Below, in pieces: positions 7,927 through 16,428 of a stretch of 32,000 nt of DNA. This DNA comes from Longivirga aurantiaca. Its GTDB lineage: Bacteria; Actinomycetota; Actinomycetes; S36-B12; CAIYMF01. Location: NCBI RefSeq assembly GCF_042660085.1, contig NZ_JBHSTI010000008.1, forward strand, positions 1,179,876 through 1,211,875, in the 5' to 3' direction. The translations under genes and the position numbers were made by a program. Under the pieces are notes generated by a model. The model had not been told where the DNA came from, made no database searches, and worked only from the letters and a program-made list of their open reading frames with translations. Within the stretch, counting starts at the first letter, position 1. Every line of letters begins with the position of its first letter.

Positions 7927-9092
7927 CAGCGGCTCACCTCGGCGTGCCGGACGGCCTCGACGGCGTCGCGCAGCAGCAGGGCCTCCTCGTCGGTGGGCGG
8001 CACGCGGTCGACGTACTCGACGAAGAGCGTGCACACCTCGACGGGGTCGGTGGTGCGCCGCAGGCGCGCGAGGTCGGTCTCCTCGCTCACCGCGGAGCCA
8101 TCCGGCGCGAAGTCGAGGACGAGCGTGTGCGGCCAGTGCTCGCGCAGCCGCTCCATCGGCGCCGCCGGGCGGCTCGGGTCGGTGAGCACGACCTTGACCC
8201 AGGCCTCGGCGAGGTCGGCGAGGTCGGTGCCCGCGCGTGCGACGAGGTCGTCGAGCCGGCCGCGCACCTCGCGCAGCGGCCGCGGCACGGGTGCCGCGAG
8301 GGTGCTGGTGATGACGGCGCCGTCGGCGTCGATCTCGACGAGGGTCACGGACTTGGTGTCGTCCTTCTCGCTGAAGGAGAAGGCGATCGGGGAGCCGCTG
8401 TAGCGCAGCACCGTGCTGCTGCCCCCGAGGCTCACCTGCTGCGGGCGGTGCAGGTGCCCGAGCGCGACGTACGAGACGCCGTCGAACACGTGCGCGGGGG
8501 AGTCGCCGATGCCGCCGACCCGGAGGTCGCGCTCGGACTCGGTGACGGTGCCGCCGGTGACGAAGGCGTGCGCGAGCACGACGGTGCGCGCGATGCCGCG
8601 CTGCGCGGCGTCGGCGAGGATCCGGCGGGTGGCCTCGCCGAGCACGGCCTCGTGCGAGCGCTCGACGCCGAGGGCGTCCTTGGCGGAGTCCGGCAGCAGG
8701 TAGGGGATGCCGTAGACGGCGACGTCGCCGTGCTCGTCGGTGAGCACCACGGGCTCGGCGAGGCCGGCGATCGTGGTGCGCAGGTGGATGCGCGAGGCCT
8801 CGGCGAGCCCGCTGCCGAAGCCGAGGCGGACGGCGGAGTCGTGGTTGCCGGACACCACGACGAGCGGCACCCCGGCCTCGGCGAAGGCGAGGAAGGTGCG
8901 GTCGAGCAGCTGCACGGAGTCGAGCGGGGGGACGGCGCGGTCGTAGACGTCGCCGGAGACGAGGACGGCGTCGACCTGCTGCTCGACGGCGGTCTCGAGC
9001 AGCCACGCGAGGAAGGCCTCGTGCGCGGTGTGCAGGCTCGTCTGGAAGAGCGTGCGGCCGAGGTGCCAGTCGGAGGTGTGCAGCAGCCTCAC
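7926..9092 (-). CDS. sbcD: SbcD/Mre11-type nuclease subunit
   Basis: 388 aa from GTG 9092, with GAGG 6 nt upstream. Calcineurin-like phosphoesterase motifs are present: LLHTSDWHLG, VSGDVYD, VVSGNHD, LAHAFV, GHLH. Its stop overlaps the sbcC start. Confidence 0.93.
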   Translation of the reverse strand: MRLLHTSDWHLGRTLFQTSLHTAHEAFLAWLLETAVEQQVDAVLVSGDVYDRAVPPLDSVQLLDRTFLAFAEAGVPLVVVSGNHDSAVRLGFGSGLAEASRIHLRTTIAGLAEPVVLTDEHGDVAVYGIPYLLPDSAKDALGVERSHEAVLGEATRRILADAAQRGIARTVVLAHAFVTGGTVTESERDLRVGGIGDSPAHVFDGVSYVALGHLHRPQQVSLGGSSTVLRYSGSPIAFSFSEKDDTKSVTLVEIDADGAVITSTLAAPVPRPLREVRGRLDDLVARAGTDLADLAEAWVKVVLTDPSRPAAPMERLREHWPHTLVLDFAPDGSAVSEETDLARLRRTTDPVEVCTLFVEYVDRVPPTDEEALLLRDAVEAVRHAEVSR

Positions 9093-9257
9093 GCGGCACC
9101 TCGCGGTGCTGCCTGGGCGCTGCTGCGCGATGCCATCGGACGTCCCTGCTGCTCGGGTGCGGAGCACGGCGTCGGCTCCAGCACTGACGCTAGGGGGTGC
9201 CCCCGACACGACCGACCCGGGACACGCGCGACGCCGGGGAGCGCGGGATCCTGCACG

Positions 9258-9611
9258 ATGGCCCCCATGAGCAGCGCCTGGTCGGACGACGCCCCACCCG
9301 AGCCCGAGCGGCCGGCGTTCCGGCGGTCGTTCGCCGTCGGGATCGCGGCCGCGCTCGGGCTCGCCCTGGTCGCCGCGGTGCTCGCGCTCCTGCCGCCAAC
9401 GGTCTCCTTCGGCGGTGTCGAGGTCGCCTGCTGGGCGCCGGCACTGGGCTACGACCCGTCGGCCGCCACCCTTCCGGAGGCGGTGCGGGCGGCCTGCGCA
9501 GCCTCGACCAACACCCGGCTCGTGCTGTCGCTCGTGCTCGCCATCGCGGCTGTGGTGATCGGGGCGGTCACGACCCTGCGCGCCACGACCGTGCCCCGCA
9601 CCGAGCGCTGA
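9258..9611 (+). CDS. Small membrane protein with two predicted TM helices, unknown function
   Basis: 117 aa from ATG 9258, divergent from sbcD. Hydrophobic stretches FAVGIAAALGLALVAAVLALL and LVLSLVLAIAAVVIGAV flank a loop carrying two Cys. GC3-rich. It is the tail of artefactual track ORF 7944..9611. Confidence 0.55.
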   Translation: MAPMSSAWSDDAPPEPERPAFRRSFAVGIAAALGLALVAAVLALLPPTVSFGGVEVACWAPALGYDPSAATLPEAVRAACAASTNTRLVLSLVLAIAAVVIGAVTTLRATTVPRTER

Positions 9612-9616
9612 GGGGG

Positions 9617-9662
9617 TCCCCGGCGTCGGGGAGGCAGCGAACCGGGCCCGATCGGGCCCCGG
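9617..9662 (+). terminator. Tandem GC hairpins after the small membrane gene (possible I-shaped terminator)
   Basis: TCCCCG-GCGT-CGGGGA at 9617-9632, then the 16-bp perfect palindrome GGGCCCGATCGGGCCC at 9644-9659. Both lie just after stop 9609-9611. No U-tract follows. Confidence 0.4.
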
Positions 9663-9735
9663 GACGGCGTTCACTGCTGCAAACGGGTTACCGCAATCCC
9701 TTCAGCCCACGCTCCGGACGGTCGAAAGGACGGGT

Positions 9736-11229
9736 ATGGGAGAGGTCCGGTTCTTCCGTGCCGTGCAGGGCGGACGCGACTGGGTGTTCGCGTACCTGGA
9801 CGGCCCTGACGCCGTGTGGGGGATGGACCGCCTCTCCGGCGAGGAGTGGTGGTACGAGCCGTCGGTCACCGGCTGGCTCGCCCCGATGATCCGGTCGCGC
9901 CTCGCGAGCGGCGTCCCGATCCCCGAGATGGGCACCCCCGGCACGGGTGCCGCGGCCTCCGTCCCCGCCGTCGCCCAGCGCTACGACCTGGCCCTGCACG
10001 AGCCGGGCCACACCGTGCTCGCGGCGTTCCATGCACGCCTCGTGGCCACGGGGGGAGTCTCCCCGGGCGCCGGGATGCCCGACGAGCTCACCACCCTGGC
10101 CCGGTCGTACGTCGGCGAGCTCGAGGTCTCGAGCGCGCTCGACCGGCTCGGCAGCCGCTGGCGCGTGCTGCACTCCGTGCCCGCGAATGCCGCAGGCACC
10201 GGCGTCGACCACGTGGTCATCGGGCCAGCGGGCGTCTTCACGGTCCTCAGCCGCAACCACCGCGGCACCATCGTCAACGTCGCCGGCGACACCGTCGTGG
10301 CGGACGGTCGCCAGCAGTCGTACGTGCCCGACGCCCGGCACGGCGCCCAGCAGGCGCAGGAGGCGTTGTCGGCGTACCCCGACCTCGCGATGTCGGTGTT
10401 CCCGACGATCGTCGTGGTCGGCGCCCGGCTCTCGGTGTCGCACCCGCCCGACTTCGTCTCGGTGGTCGAGGCCACCACGCTCGTCGACTGGCTCGAGTCG
10501 CTCCCGCCGCGGCTGCACCAGACCCAGGTCGTCGTCGGCTACGACGCGCTGCGCTGGTCGGACGCCTGGACCACCATCGCGCCGCACGCACCCGCCCCGG
10601 ACACCAGGCGCGCCCTGGCGCTCGAGCGTGGGCTGGGGCTGCGCCCGGTGCCCACGACCGCTGCCGTGGCCGCGCCGCCCCCGGTGGCCGAGGTGTCGGC
10701 GTCCACCCCCATCCCCGCGCCCATCGCGTCGCCGCACGAGCCCGAGGCCGCGCAGGAGTCGAGCGCGCAGCCGGCGGCGCGCAGCCGCGCTGTCACCGGT
10801 CCCTCCGGCGGACGCCGGTCGCGCCCCGAGCGCTCCGCACGCGGGGGCTCCGGCTCGCGCGGTCGCACCATCGCCGCGGTCGTCGCGTCGGTCATGCTGG
10901 TGCTGCTCGTCGCGCCCAGCATCGTGACGGGCGTGCAGCGGGCGATGTCCGAGCCGACGGCGTCCGCGAGCCAGACGCCTCGGCCCGTGTCGACGGTCGA
11001 GCCCGAGATCGGCGGCCCTTGCGCACCGCCCGACGAGGCGGTGTCCGGCACGGGGGAGACGCTCGCCTGCAACCAGGGCACCGGCACCTGGGCGCTGCGC
11101 GGCGTGACCGCCACGCTCGACGAGCCGTGCACCAAGGTCGACGAGCTCGGCTGGTCGACGACCAAGAACAAGCCGCTCGTCTGCGCCAAGGACGGCGCCG
11201 ACCTCGTGTGGCAGGTCCGCACGGGCTGA
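9736..11229 (+). CDS. NERD (nuclease-related domain) protein with C-terminal TM anchor and extracytoplasmic Cys-repeat module
   Basis: 497 aa with GAAAGGA SD before ATG 9736. NERD-like core: GELEVSSALDRLGSRWRVLHSVP...GVDHVVIGPAGVFTVLSRNHRG...ADGR. This is followed by a Pro/Ala-rich linker, a basic stretch, the TM helix TIAAVVASVMLVLLVAPSIVTGV, and a roughly 100-aa tail with two Cys-pair repeats. Confidence 0.8.
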   Translation: MGEVRFFRAVQGGRDWVFAYLDGPDAVWGMDRLSGEEWWYEPSVTGWLAPMIRSRLASGVPIPEMGTPGTGAAASVPAVAQRYDLALHEPGHTVLAAFHARLVATGGVSPGAGMPDELTTLARSYVGELEVSSALDRLGSRWRVLHSVPANAAGTGVDHVVIGPAGVFTVLSRNHRGTIVNVAGDTVVADGRQQSYVPDARHGAQQAQEALSAYPDLAMSVFPTIVVVGARLSVSHPPDFVSVVEATTLVDWLESLPPRLHQTQVVVGYDALRWSDAWTTIAPHAPAPDTRRALALERGLGLRPVPTTAAVAAPPPVAEVSASTPIPAPIASPHEPEAAQESSAQPAARSRAVTGPSGGRRSRPERSARGGSGSRGRTIAAVVASVMLVLLVAPSIVTGVQRAMSEPTASASQTPRPVSTVEPEIGGPCAPPDEAVSGTGETLACNQGTGTWALRGVTATLDEPCTKVDELGWSTTKNKPLVCAKDGADLVWQVRTG

Positions 11230-11305
11230 CCCGTCGATCAGGAAATGTCGCGCCGCGAGCGTCGTTCGCACGCGAACGGGCGGTGCGGCGGAGCAAGATG
11301 ACGGC

Positions 11306-13024
11306 GTGACGACGACGTCCGCACCCCAGCCCCTGCCCTCCGACCTCGACATCGCCCGCGCCGCGCAGCTGCGGCCGCTGGAGGAGGTGGCGGCGGGCAC
11401 CGGTCTGCGGCCCGACCACCTCGAGCCGTACGGCCGCAGCGTCGCCAAGATCTCGCTCGCCGCGGCGCGCGACCTCGCCGACCGGCCGCAGGCCACGTAC
11501 GTGCTCGTCACGGCGATCACGCCGACGCCTCTGGGGGAGGGCAAGACCACGACGGCCGTCGGTCTCACCCAGGGTCTCGTCGCACGGGGGTACCGCGCCA
11601 CGGTGGCGCTGCGGCAGCCGAGCATGGGGCCGACGTTCGGCATCAAGGGCGGCGCCGCCGGAGGCGGCTACAGCCAGGTCGTGCCGATGGAGACGATGAA
11701 CCTCCACCTCACCGGCGACTTCCACGCGGTGACGGCAGCGCACAACCTGCTCGCCGCGATGGTCGACAACCACCTGCACCACGGCAACGAGCTCGGCATC
11801 GACCCGCACAGCGTCGCGTGGCGACGGGTGCTCGACGTCAACGACCGCGCGCTGCGCAACGTCGTGGTCGGCCTGGGTGCGCGGATGGACGGCGTACCGA
11901 GGCAGGGCGGGTTCGACATCACCGCGGCCAGCGAGGTCATGGTGATCCTCAGCCTCGCCACCGACCTCTCCGACCTGCGGGCCCGCCTCGGCCGCATCGT
12001 CGTCGCCTACTCCTTCGAGGGCGAGCCGATCACCGCCGAGCAGCTCAAGGCCGCCGGCTCGATGGCCGTGATCCTGAAGGACGCGCTCGCGCCCAACCTG
12101 CTCCAGACGCTCGAGGGTGGTCCTGCGCTCGTACACACCGGTCCGTTCGGCAACATCGCGACCGGCAACTCCAGCGTGATCGCCGACCTCATCGGCTCGA
12201 GGATGGGCGACTACCTCGTGACCGAGGCCGGCTTCGGCTCGGACATGGGTGCCGAGCGGTTCTTCGACGTGAAGTGCCGCGTGAGCGGGCTGCGCCCGGA
12301 CGTCGCCGTCCTGGTGGCGACGGTCCGTGCCCTCAAGGCGCACAGCGGGCGCTTCACCGTGACGCCCGGGAAGCCGCTGCCGCCGGAGATGCTGGCGGAG
12401 AACCCGGACGACGTCCGCGCGGGCGCTGCCAACCTCGCCCACCACATCGAGATCCTGCGCTCGTTCGGCGTCTCGCCGGTCGTGGCGATGAACGCGTTCC
12501 CGGGCGACCACGACTCCGAGCACGACGTCGTGCGCGAGATCGCCGAGGCTGCGGGCGCGCGCTTCGCCATCTCGCGGCACGTCGCCTTCGGCGGCAAGGG
12601 GGCGATGCCGCTGGTCGAGGCCGTGGAGGAGGCCGCGGCCGAGCCGACCGACTTCCGCTACGCCTACGACCTCGACGAGTCGCTCGTCGACAAGATCACC
12701 GACGTCGCGCGCGACGTGTACGGGGCCACGGGCATCGACCTCAGCCCGGCGGCGAAGAGGGGCTTGGAGCAGTTCGAGGCCCTGGGGTACGGCGAGTTCC
12801 CGGTGATCATCGCCAAGACGCACCTGTCGATCTCGTCCGACCCGACGCTGCTCGGGGCGCCGCGCGGCTGGCGGATGCCGGTGCGCGAGGTGCGCGTCGC
12901 TGCCGGCGCCGGCTACGTCTACGCGATCGCCGGCGACATGCGCACGATGCCGGGCCTCGCCAAGCATCCGGCGGCCGAGCGCATCGACCTCGACGCCGAC
13001 GGCAACATCACCGGCCTCTCCTAG
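11306..13024 (+). CDS. fhs: Formate--tetrahydrofolate ligase
   Basis: 572 aa. SDLDIARAAQLRPL opening, the nucleotide-binding TPTPLGEGKTTTAVGL motif, and colinear FTHFS-like sequence throughout. GTG start at 11306; the upstream ATG runs into a stop after 3 codons. Confidence 0.95.
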   Translation: MTTTSAPQPLPSDLDIARAAQLRPLEEVAAGTGLRPDHLEPYGRSVAKISLAAARDLADRPQATYVLVTAITPTPLGEGKTTTAVGLTQGLVARGYRATVALRQPSMGPTFGIKGGAAGGGYSQVVPMETMNLHLTGDFHAVTAAHNLLAAMVDNHLHHGNELGIDPHSVAWRRVLDVNDRALRNVVVGLGARMDGVPRQGGFDITAASEVMVILSLATDLSDLRARLGRIVVAYSFEGEPITAEQLKAAGSMAVILKDALAPNLLQTLEGGPALVHTGPFGNIATGNSSVIADLIGSRMGDYLVTEAGFGSDMGAERFFDVKCRVSGLRPDVAVLVATVRALKAHSGRFTVTPGKPLPPEMLAENPDDVRAGAANLAHHIEILRSFGVSPVVAMNAFPGDHDSEHDVVREIAEAAGARFAISRHVAFGGKGAMPLVEAVEEAAAEPTDFRYAYDLDESLVDKITDVARDVYGATGIDLSPAAKRGLEQFEALGYGEFPVIIAKTHLSISSDPTLLGAPRGWRMPVREVRVAAGAGYVYAIAGDMRTMPGLAKHPAAERIDLDADGNITGLS

Positions 13025-13050
13025 CCCACCCCCTCGCTCACCCTGGCCAA

Positions 13051-13081
13051 TCCGTCGATTCCCGGCCCGGGAAGCGACGGA
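13051..13081. terminator. Bidirectional hairpin between convergent fhs and the Ubl gene
   Basis: TCCGTCG-A-TTCCC ... GGGAA-G-CGACGGA dyad (12 paired positions) sits in the 78-bp convergent gap. Confidence 0.5.
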
Positions 13082-13102
13082 TCGATCAGGGTGACGGGTG
13101 GG

Positions 13103-13384
13103 TCAGCCGCCGGCGACGCTCGGGAGGATCCACACCTCGGCGCCGTCGACGAGCGGCGTCGCCTGGCCGTCGAGATGGCGGACGTCGTCGTCGCCGACGT
13201 ACACGTTGACGAAGCGGCGCAGGTCGCCCTGCTCGTCGCGGACGCGGCGCTCGAGCGCGGGGTGCGAGGCCGCGAGCGCGTCGAACAGCGCGCGCACCGA
13301 GGCAGGCGCCGGGTCGACGTCGAGCACCCGCTGACCGCCGACGACGTCGGCGAGCACCGTGGGCAGGCGCAGCGTGACGCCCAC
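13103..13384 (-). CDS. MoaD/ThiS-family ubiquitin-fold sulfur-carrier-like protein (CysO-like), C-terminal Gly-Gly
   Basis: 93 aa ending ...ILPSVAGG. RFVNVYVGDDDVRHL...DGAEVWILPSVAGG closely parallels, from memory, M. tuberculosis CysO (...RFVNIYVNDEDVRF...ILPAVAGG), which I also recall as about 93 aa. GTG 13384 directly abuts the upstream stop (TGAGTG). Confidence 0.85.
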   Translation of the reverse strand: MGVTLRLPTVLADVVGGQRVLDVDPAPASVRALFDALAASHPALERRVRDEQGDLRRFVNVYVGDDDVRHLDGQATPLVDGAEVWILPSVAGG

Positions 13385-14461
13385 TCACACCTCCGCGGCG
13401 CGCACGGACAGGACGTCGGGCAGGTGCTCGGCCACGAGCGAGTACGTGTCGCCCTCGTCGGTGCTGGCGTACACGCAGCCGTCCCGCGTGCCGAGGTAGA
13501 CGCCGGTGGGCTCGGCCAGGTCGACGCACGCGGCGTCGCGCAGCACGACCGTCCACGCGTCGTCGGGCAGGCCCGGGCCGAGCTCGGTCCAGCTGCCGCC
13601 GCCGTCACGCGTGCGGTGCACGCGCATGCGCCCGCCCACCGGGAAGCGCTCGCCGTCGGCGACGAGCGGCATGACCCAGGCGGTGCCGGGTGCGCGCGGC
13701 GAGGCGAGGACGAAGAAGCCGAAGTCGCTCGGCAGGCCGTCGGCGATCGACCGCCACGACAGGCCGCCGTCGTCGGTGCGGTAGACGCCGTGGTGGTTCT
13801 GCGCGTACATGACGGACGGGCCCGCGGCGTCGACGGCGACCTTGTGCACGCACTGGCCGAACTCCGGATACGGGTCGGGCAGGAACGTCACGTGGATGCC
13901 CTTGTTGCGCGGCGTCCAGCCCGTGGCGCCGTCGTCGGACACGTAGACGCCGCCGGTGCTCATCGCGACGGTGACGCGGTCGGACGACGGGTCGGGGACG
14001 ATCGTGTGCACAGCGGCACCGCCGAAGCCCGGCGCCCACTGCGGGCGGTGCGGGTGGTCCCACAGGTCGCGGACGAGCGAGAACGCCTCGCCGCCATCGT
14101 CGCTGCGCCACAGCGACGTCGGCTCGCACCCCGCCCACACGACGCCGGGCCTATCGGCGGTGTCGGGCTGGATCTGCCACACGCGACCCAGAGCGGTCCC
14201 GGTGTCGTCGGGGAACGAGATGGCGCGGTTCTCGGTCTCGTGCCAGGTGGCACCGAGGTCGTCCGACCACGCGATGGTGGGGCCCCAGTGCCACGACATC
14301 ACGCCGGCGAGGATGCGGGGACGGTCGCCGCGGGTGTCGACCGCGACCGACGCGACCTCCTGCATGGCGAAGTGCGGACCGTCGGCGGTCCACGTGCGGC
14401 GGTCCTCGGACCTCAGCAGCCAGAGCCCCTTACGGGTCCCGACGGCGACGACGTGCGTCAT
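13385..14461 (-). CDS. BNR/Asp-box repeat beta-propeller protein (sialidase-fold / Ycf48-like), unknown function
   Basis: 358 aa with GGGAGGG SD 6 nt before ATG 14461. Six Asp-box-like motifs: SDDLGATW, SDDGGEAF, SDDGATGW, TDDGGLSW, TRDGGGSW, STDEGDTY. No signal peptide. Confidence 0.85.
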   Translation of the reverse strand: MTHVVAVGTRKGLWLLRSEDRRTWTADGPHFAMQEVASVAVDTRGDRPRILAGVMSWHWGPTIAWSDDLGATWHETENRAISFPDDTGTALGRVWQIQPDTADRPGVVWAGCEPTSLWRSDDGGEAFSLVRDLWDHPHRPQWAPGFGGAAVHTIVPDPSSDRVTVAMSTGGVYVSDDGATGWTPRNKGIHVTFLPDPYPEFGQCVHKVAVDAAGPSVMYAQNHHGVYRTDDGGLSWRSIADGLPSDFGFFVLASPRAPGTAWVMPLVADGERFPVGGRMRVHRTRDGGGSWTELGPGLPDDAWTVVLRDAACVDLAEPTGVYLGTRDGCVYASTDEGDTYSLVAEHLPDVLSVRAAEV

Positions 14462-14515
14462 GGCGATCCCTCCCTGAGAGCGAGGGTCACGACGCTAGAC
14501 CGACCCGCCGACAAC

Positions 14516-14547
14516 GGAAACCCCCCAGCCCCGGGCGAAAGGGGGGT
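14516..14547 (-). terminator. Intrinsic terminator of the amidohydrolase gene
   Basis: Minus-strand RNA reads A-CCCCCC-(14-nt loop)-GGGGGG-UUUCC. It starts inside the stop codon and is one of the few hairpins here with a U-run. Confidence 0.6.
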
Positions 14548-16181
14548 CAGCGCAGGGTGTCGTGGACGACGCGGCCGTTGGCGACGGTGAGCTCGACCTT
14601 CGCGTCGCCGATCGGCCCCGCGTCGAGGGCGAACAGGTCGCGGTCGATCACCACGAGATCGGCGCGCTTGCCCACCTCGAGCGTGCCCGCGTCGGCCTCG
14701 TCGTGGTTGACGTACGCCGACCCGCTGGTGAAGCCCGCGAGGGCCTCCGCGAGCGAGATCGCCTGGTGCGGCAGGAAGGGTGCGACCGAGCGGTCCTCGG
14801 TGCCCACGCGGGTGACCGCGACCTCCATCTGCTGGAGGGGGTCGGCGGTCGACACGGGCCAGTCCGAGCCCATCGCGAGGACGGCGCCGCTGCGTGCGAG
14901 GTCGCCGAAGGGGTACATCTGGTCGACCCGGTCCTGGCCGAGGAACGGCACCGTGAGCTCGTCCATCTGCGCGTCGCTCTGAGCCCACAGCGTCTGGCAG
15001 TTCGCGACGGCGTCGAGCGCACGGAAGCGCGGCAGGTCGTCGGGGTGCACGACCTGCACGTGGGCCAGGTGGTGGCGCAGGTCGTGCCGGCCGTGCACCG
15101 CGATCGCGTGCTCGATGGCGTCGAGGGCGAGGCGCACCGCGCGGTCTCCGATCGTGTGCAGGTGCACCTGGAACCCGAGGCCGGTGAGCTGGTCGAGCGC
15201 GGCGTTCAGCATCTCGGGCTCGATGAACTGCAGGCCCGCGTTGTCGGTGTGCCCCCCGCACCCGTCGCAGTACGGCGCGAGCAGCGAGCCCGTGTAGTTC
15301 TCGAGCACGCCGTCGGTCATCATCTTGACCGTCGTCGGGAAGAACCGTCCGCCAGTGCCGCGCTCGCGCTGGGCGACGAGGTCCGCGATCTGCTCGACGC
15401 CGCGGTGGCGGTCCCACCACAGCGCGCCGACGACACGGGCCGTGAGCAGCTCCTCGGCCGCGAGCTCGGCGTACGCCTCGAGCGTCTGGGGCGTCACCCA
15501 CGCGTCCTGCCACCCGGTGATGCCGAGCGAGTGCAGGTACTCCTGCGCGCCCCGGATCGCGGCCTTCCACTCGTCCTTGTCGGGCTTGGGCACCCAGCGC
15601 TCCTCGAAGGAGTACGCCGCGCCCTCGTGGAGCATGCCGGTGAGCCGGCCCTCGGAGTCGCGCTCGTAGCGGCCGTCGGACGGGTCGGCGACCGAGTCGT
15701 CGATGCCGGCGATCTCGAGCGCCCTGCTGTTCACCCAGGCGCCGTGGGTGTCCTTGTTGAACAGGAAGACCGGGCGGTCGGGCACGATCGCGTCGAGGTC
15801 GTCCTTGTGCGGGTTGCCGCCGGGGAAGTACTCCATCGCCCAGCCACCGCCGCTGATCCACGGCTGCTCGGGGCGGCTGTCGGCGTACTCCTTGATCTGG
15901 GCGAGGTAGTTCTCGCGGCCGTGCGTGTCGAGCAGGTAGAGGTGCAGGCGGTTGCGCCCTGCGAACGGCGCGTGGATGTGCGAGTCCTGGAATCCGGCGG
16001 TGACGAGCTTGCCCGCCGCGTCGACCACGCGGGTCGTGGGGCCGACGAGCTCATGCATCTGCTCCGCGGTGCCGAGGGCGACGATCCGGTTGCCGCGTAC
16101 GGCGATCCCGCGCGCCCAGCTGCGCACGGCGTCGCCGGTGTAGACGCTGCCGAGGATCACGAGGTCGGCGGGCGTGGTCAT
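14547..16181 (-). CDS. Amidohydrolase family 3 (YtcJ-like) metal-dependent hydrolase
   Basis: 544 aa with GGAGGAG SD before ATG 16181. N-terminal metal ligand motif QDSHIHAPF, C-terminal ...GSDWPV... and ...GKRADLVVIDRDLF... typical of Amidohydro_3 enzymes. Confidence 0.9.
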   Translation of the reverse strand: MTTPADLVILGSVYTGDAVRSWARGIAVRGNRIVALGTAEQMHELVGPTTRVVDAAGKLVTAGFQDSHIHAPFAGRNRLHLYLLDTHGRENYLAQIKEYADSRPEQPWISGGGWAMEYFPGGNPHKDDLDAIVPDRPVFLFNKDTHGAWVNSRALEIAGIDDSVADPSDGRYERDSEGRLTGMLHEGAAYSFEERWVPKPDKDEWKAAIRGAQEYLHSLGITGWQDAWVTPQTLEAYAELAAEELLTARVVGALWWDRHRGVEQIADLVAQRERGTGGRFFPTTVKMMTDGVLENYTGSLLAPYCDGCGGHTDNAGLQFIEPEMLNAALDQLTGLGFQVHLHTIGDRAVRLALDAIEHAIAVHGRHDLRHHLAHVQVVHPDDLPRFRALDAVANCQTLWAQSDAQMDELTVPFLGQDRVDQMYPFGDLARSGAVLAMGSDWPVSTADPLQQMEVAVTRVGTEDRSVAPFLPHQAISLAEALAGFTSGSAYVNHDEADAGTLEVGKRADLVVIDRDLFALDAGPIGDAKVELTVANGRVVHDTLR

Positions 16182-16382
16182 GCGGCTCCTCCACGGACGG
16201 CGGCGGCCCCGGGCCGGGGTCCGCCCATCCTGGGGCAGAGGGGTGTGACCGCGCTCACCAGGGCACCGTCAGAGCCCACCAGGCCAGGTCGAGTGCCGGG
16301 AACCGGGGGCGGTCCCGATGCGTCTGACTTGGGACGACGCTGCTCCGAACGGGCTGCGGGCGCCCCGGATCGTCGAAACGAA

Positions 16383-16412
16383 TTGGGGAATTGTTCAGAT
16401 GTCCCGTAACGT
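16383..16412 (+). promoter_or_regulatory. Possible sigma-70-type promoter of the intergenic transcript
   Basis: TTGGGG (16383-16388), an 18-nt spacer, then TAACGT (16407-16412, TANNNT). This is the only TANNNT on either strand of the AT-rich patch. Weak -35. Confidence 0.25.
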
Positions 16413-16428
16413 TGTCGATACAGCCGGT

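Noticed and set aside
7927-9099. N-terminal 391-codon extension of the track ORF 4945..9099 (would give a 1384-aa SbcC), and the extension of sbcD up to 9674
   Set aside because: The extensions are Arg/Pro/Ala-rich and overlap sbcD or the divergent gene in other frames. Canonical N-termini with SD motifs exist at 7926 (MRLHSVQITAFGPF, Walker A shortly after) and 9092 (VRLLHTSDWHLG).
4945-11229. sbcDC plus NERD protein as a defence island
   Set aside because: SbcCD here has the standard housekeeping architecture and operon form. No methyltransferase, helicase, integrase or other defence-hallmark gene accompanies it. Adjacency to a NERD protein alone is insufficient.
11230-11305. THF riboswitch upstream of fhs
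   Set aside because: Only 76 nt are available and no THF-I or THF-II core sequences are visible. The only structure is a short CGTTCG-CACG-CGAACG hairpin (11263..11278), more likely the terminator of the NERD gene. The fhs start also looks leaderless.
10892-12967. 691-aa minus-strand ORF and other long frames across fhs, plus the alternative frames across the NERD gene (9688..11646, 9816..11309, 9947..10927)
   Set aside because: They are antisense or out of frame to genes with strong family motifs, have low-complexity composition, and lack start contexts.
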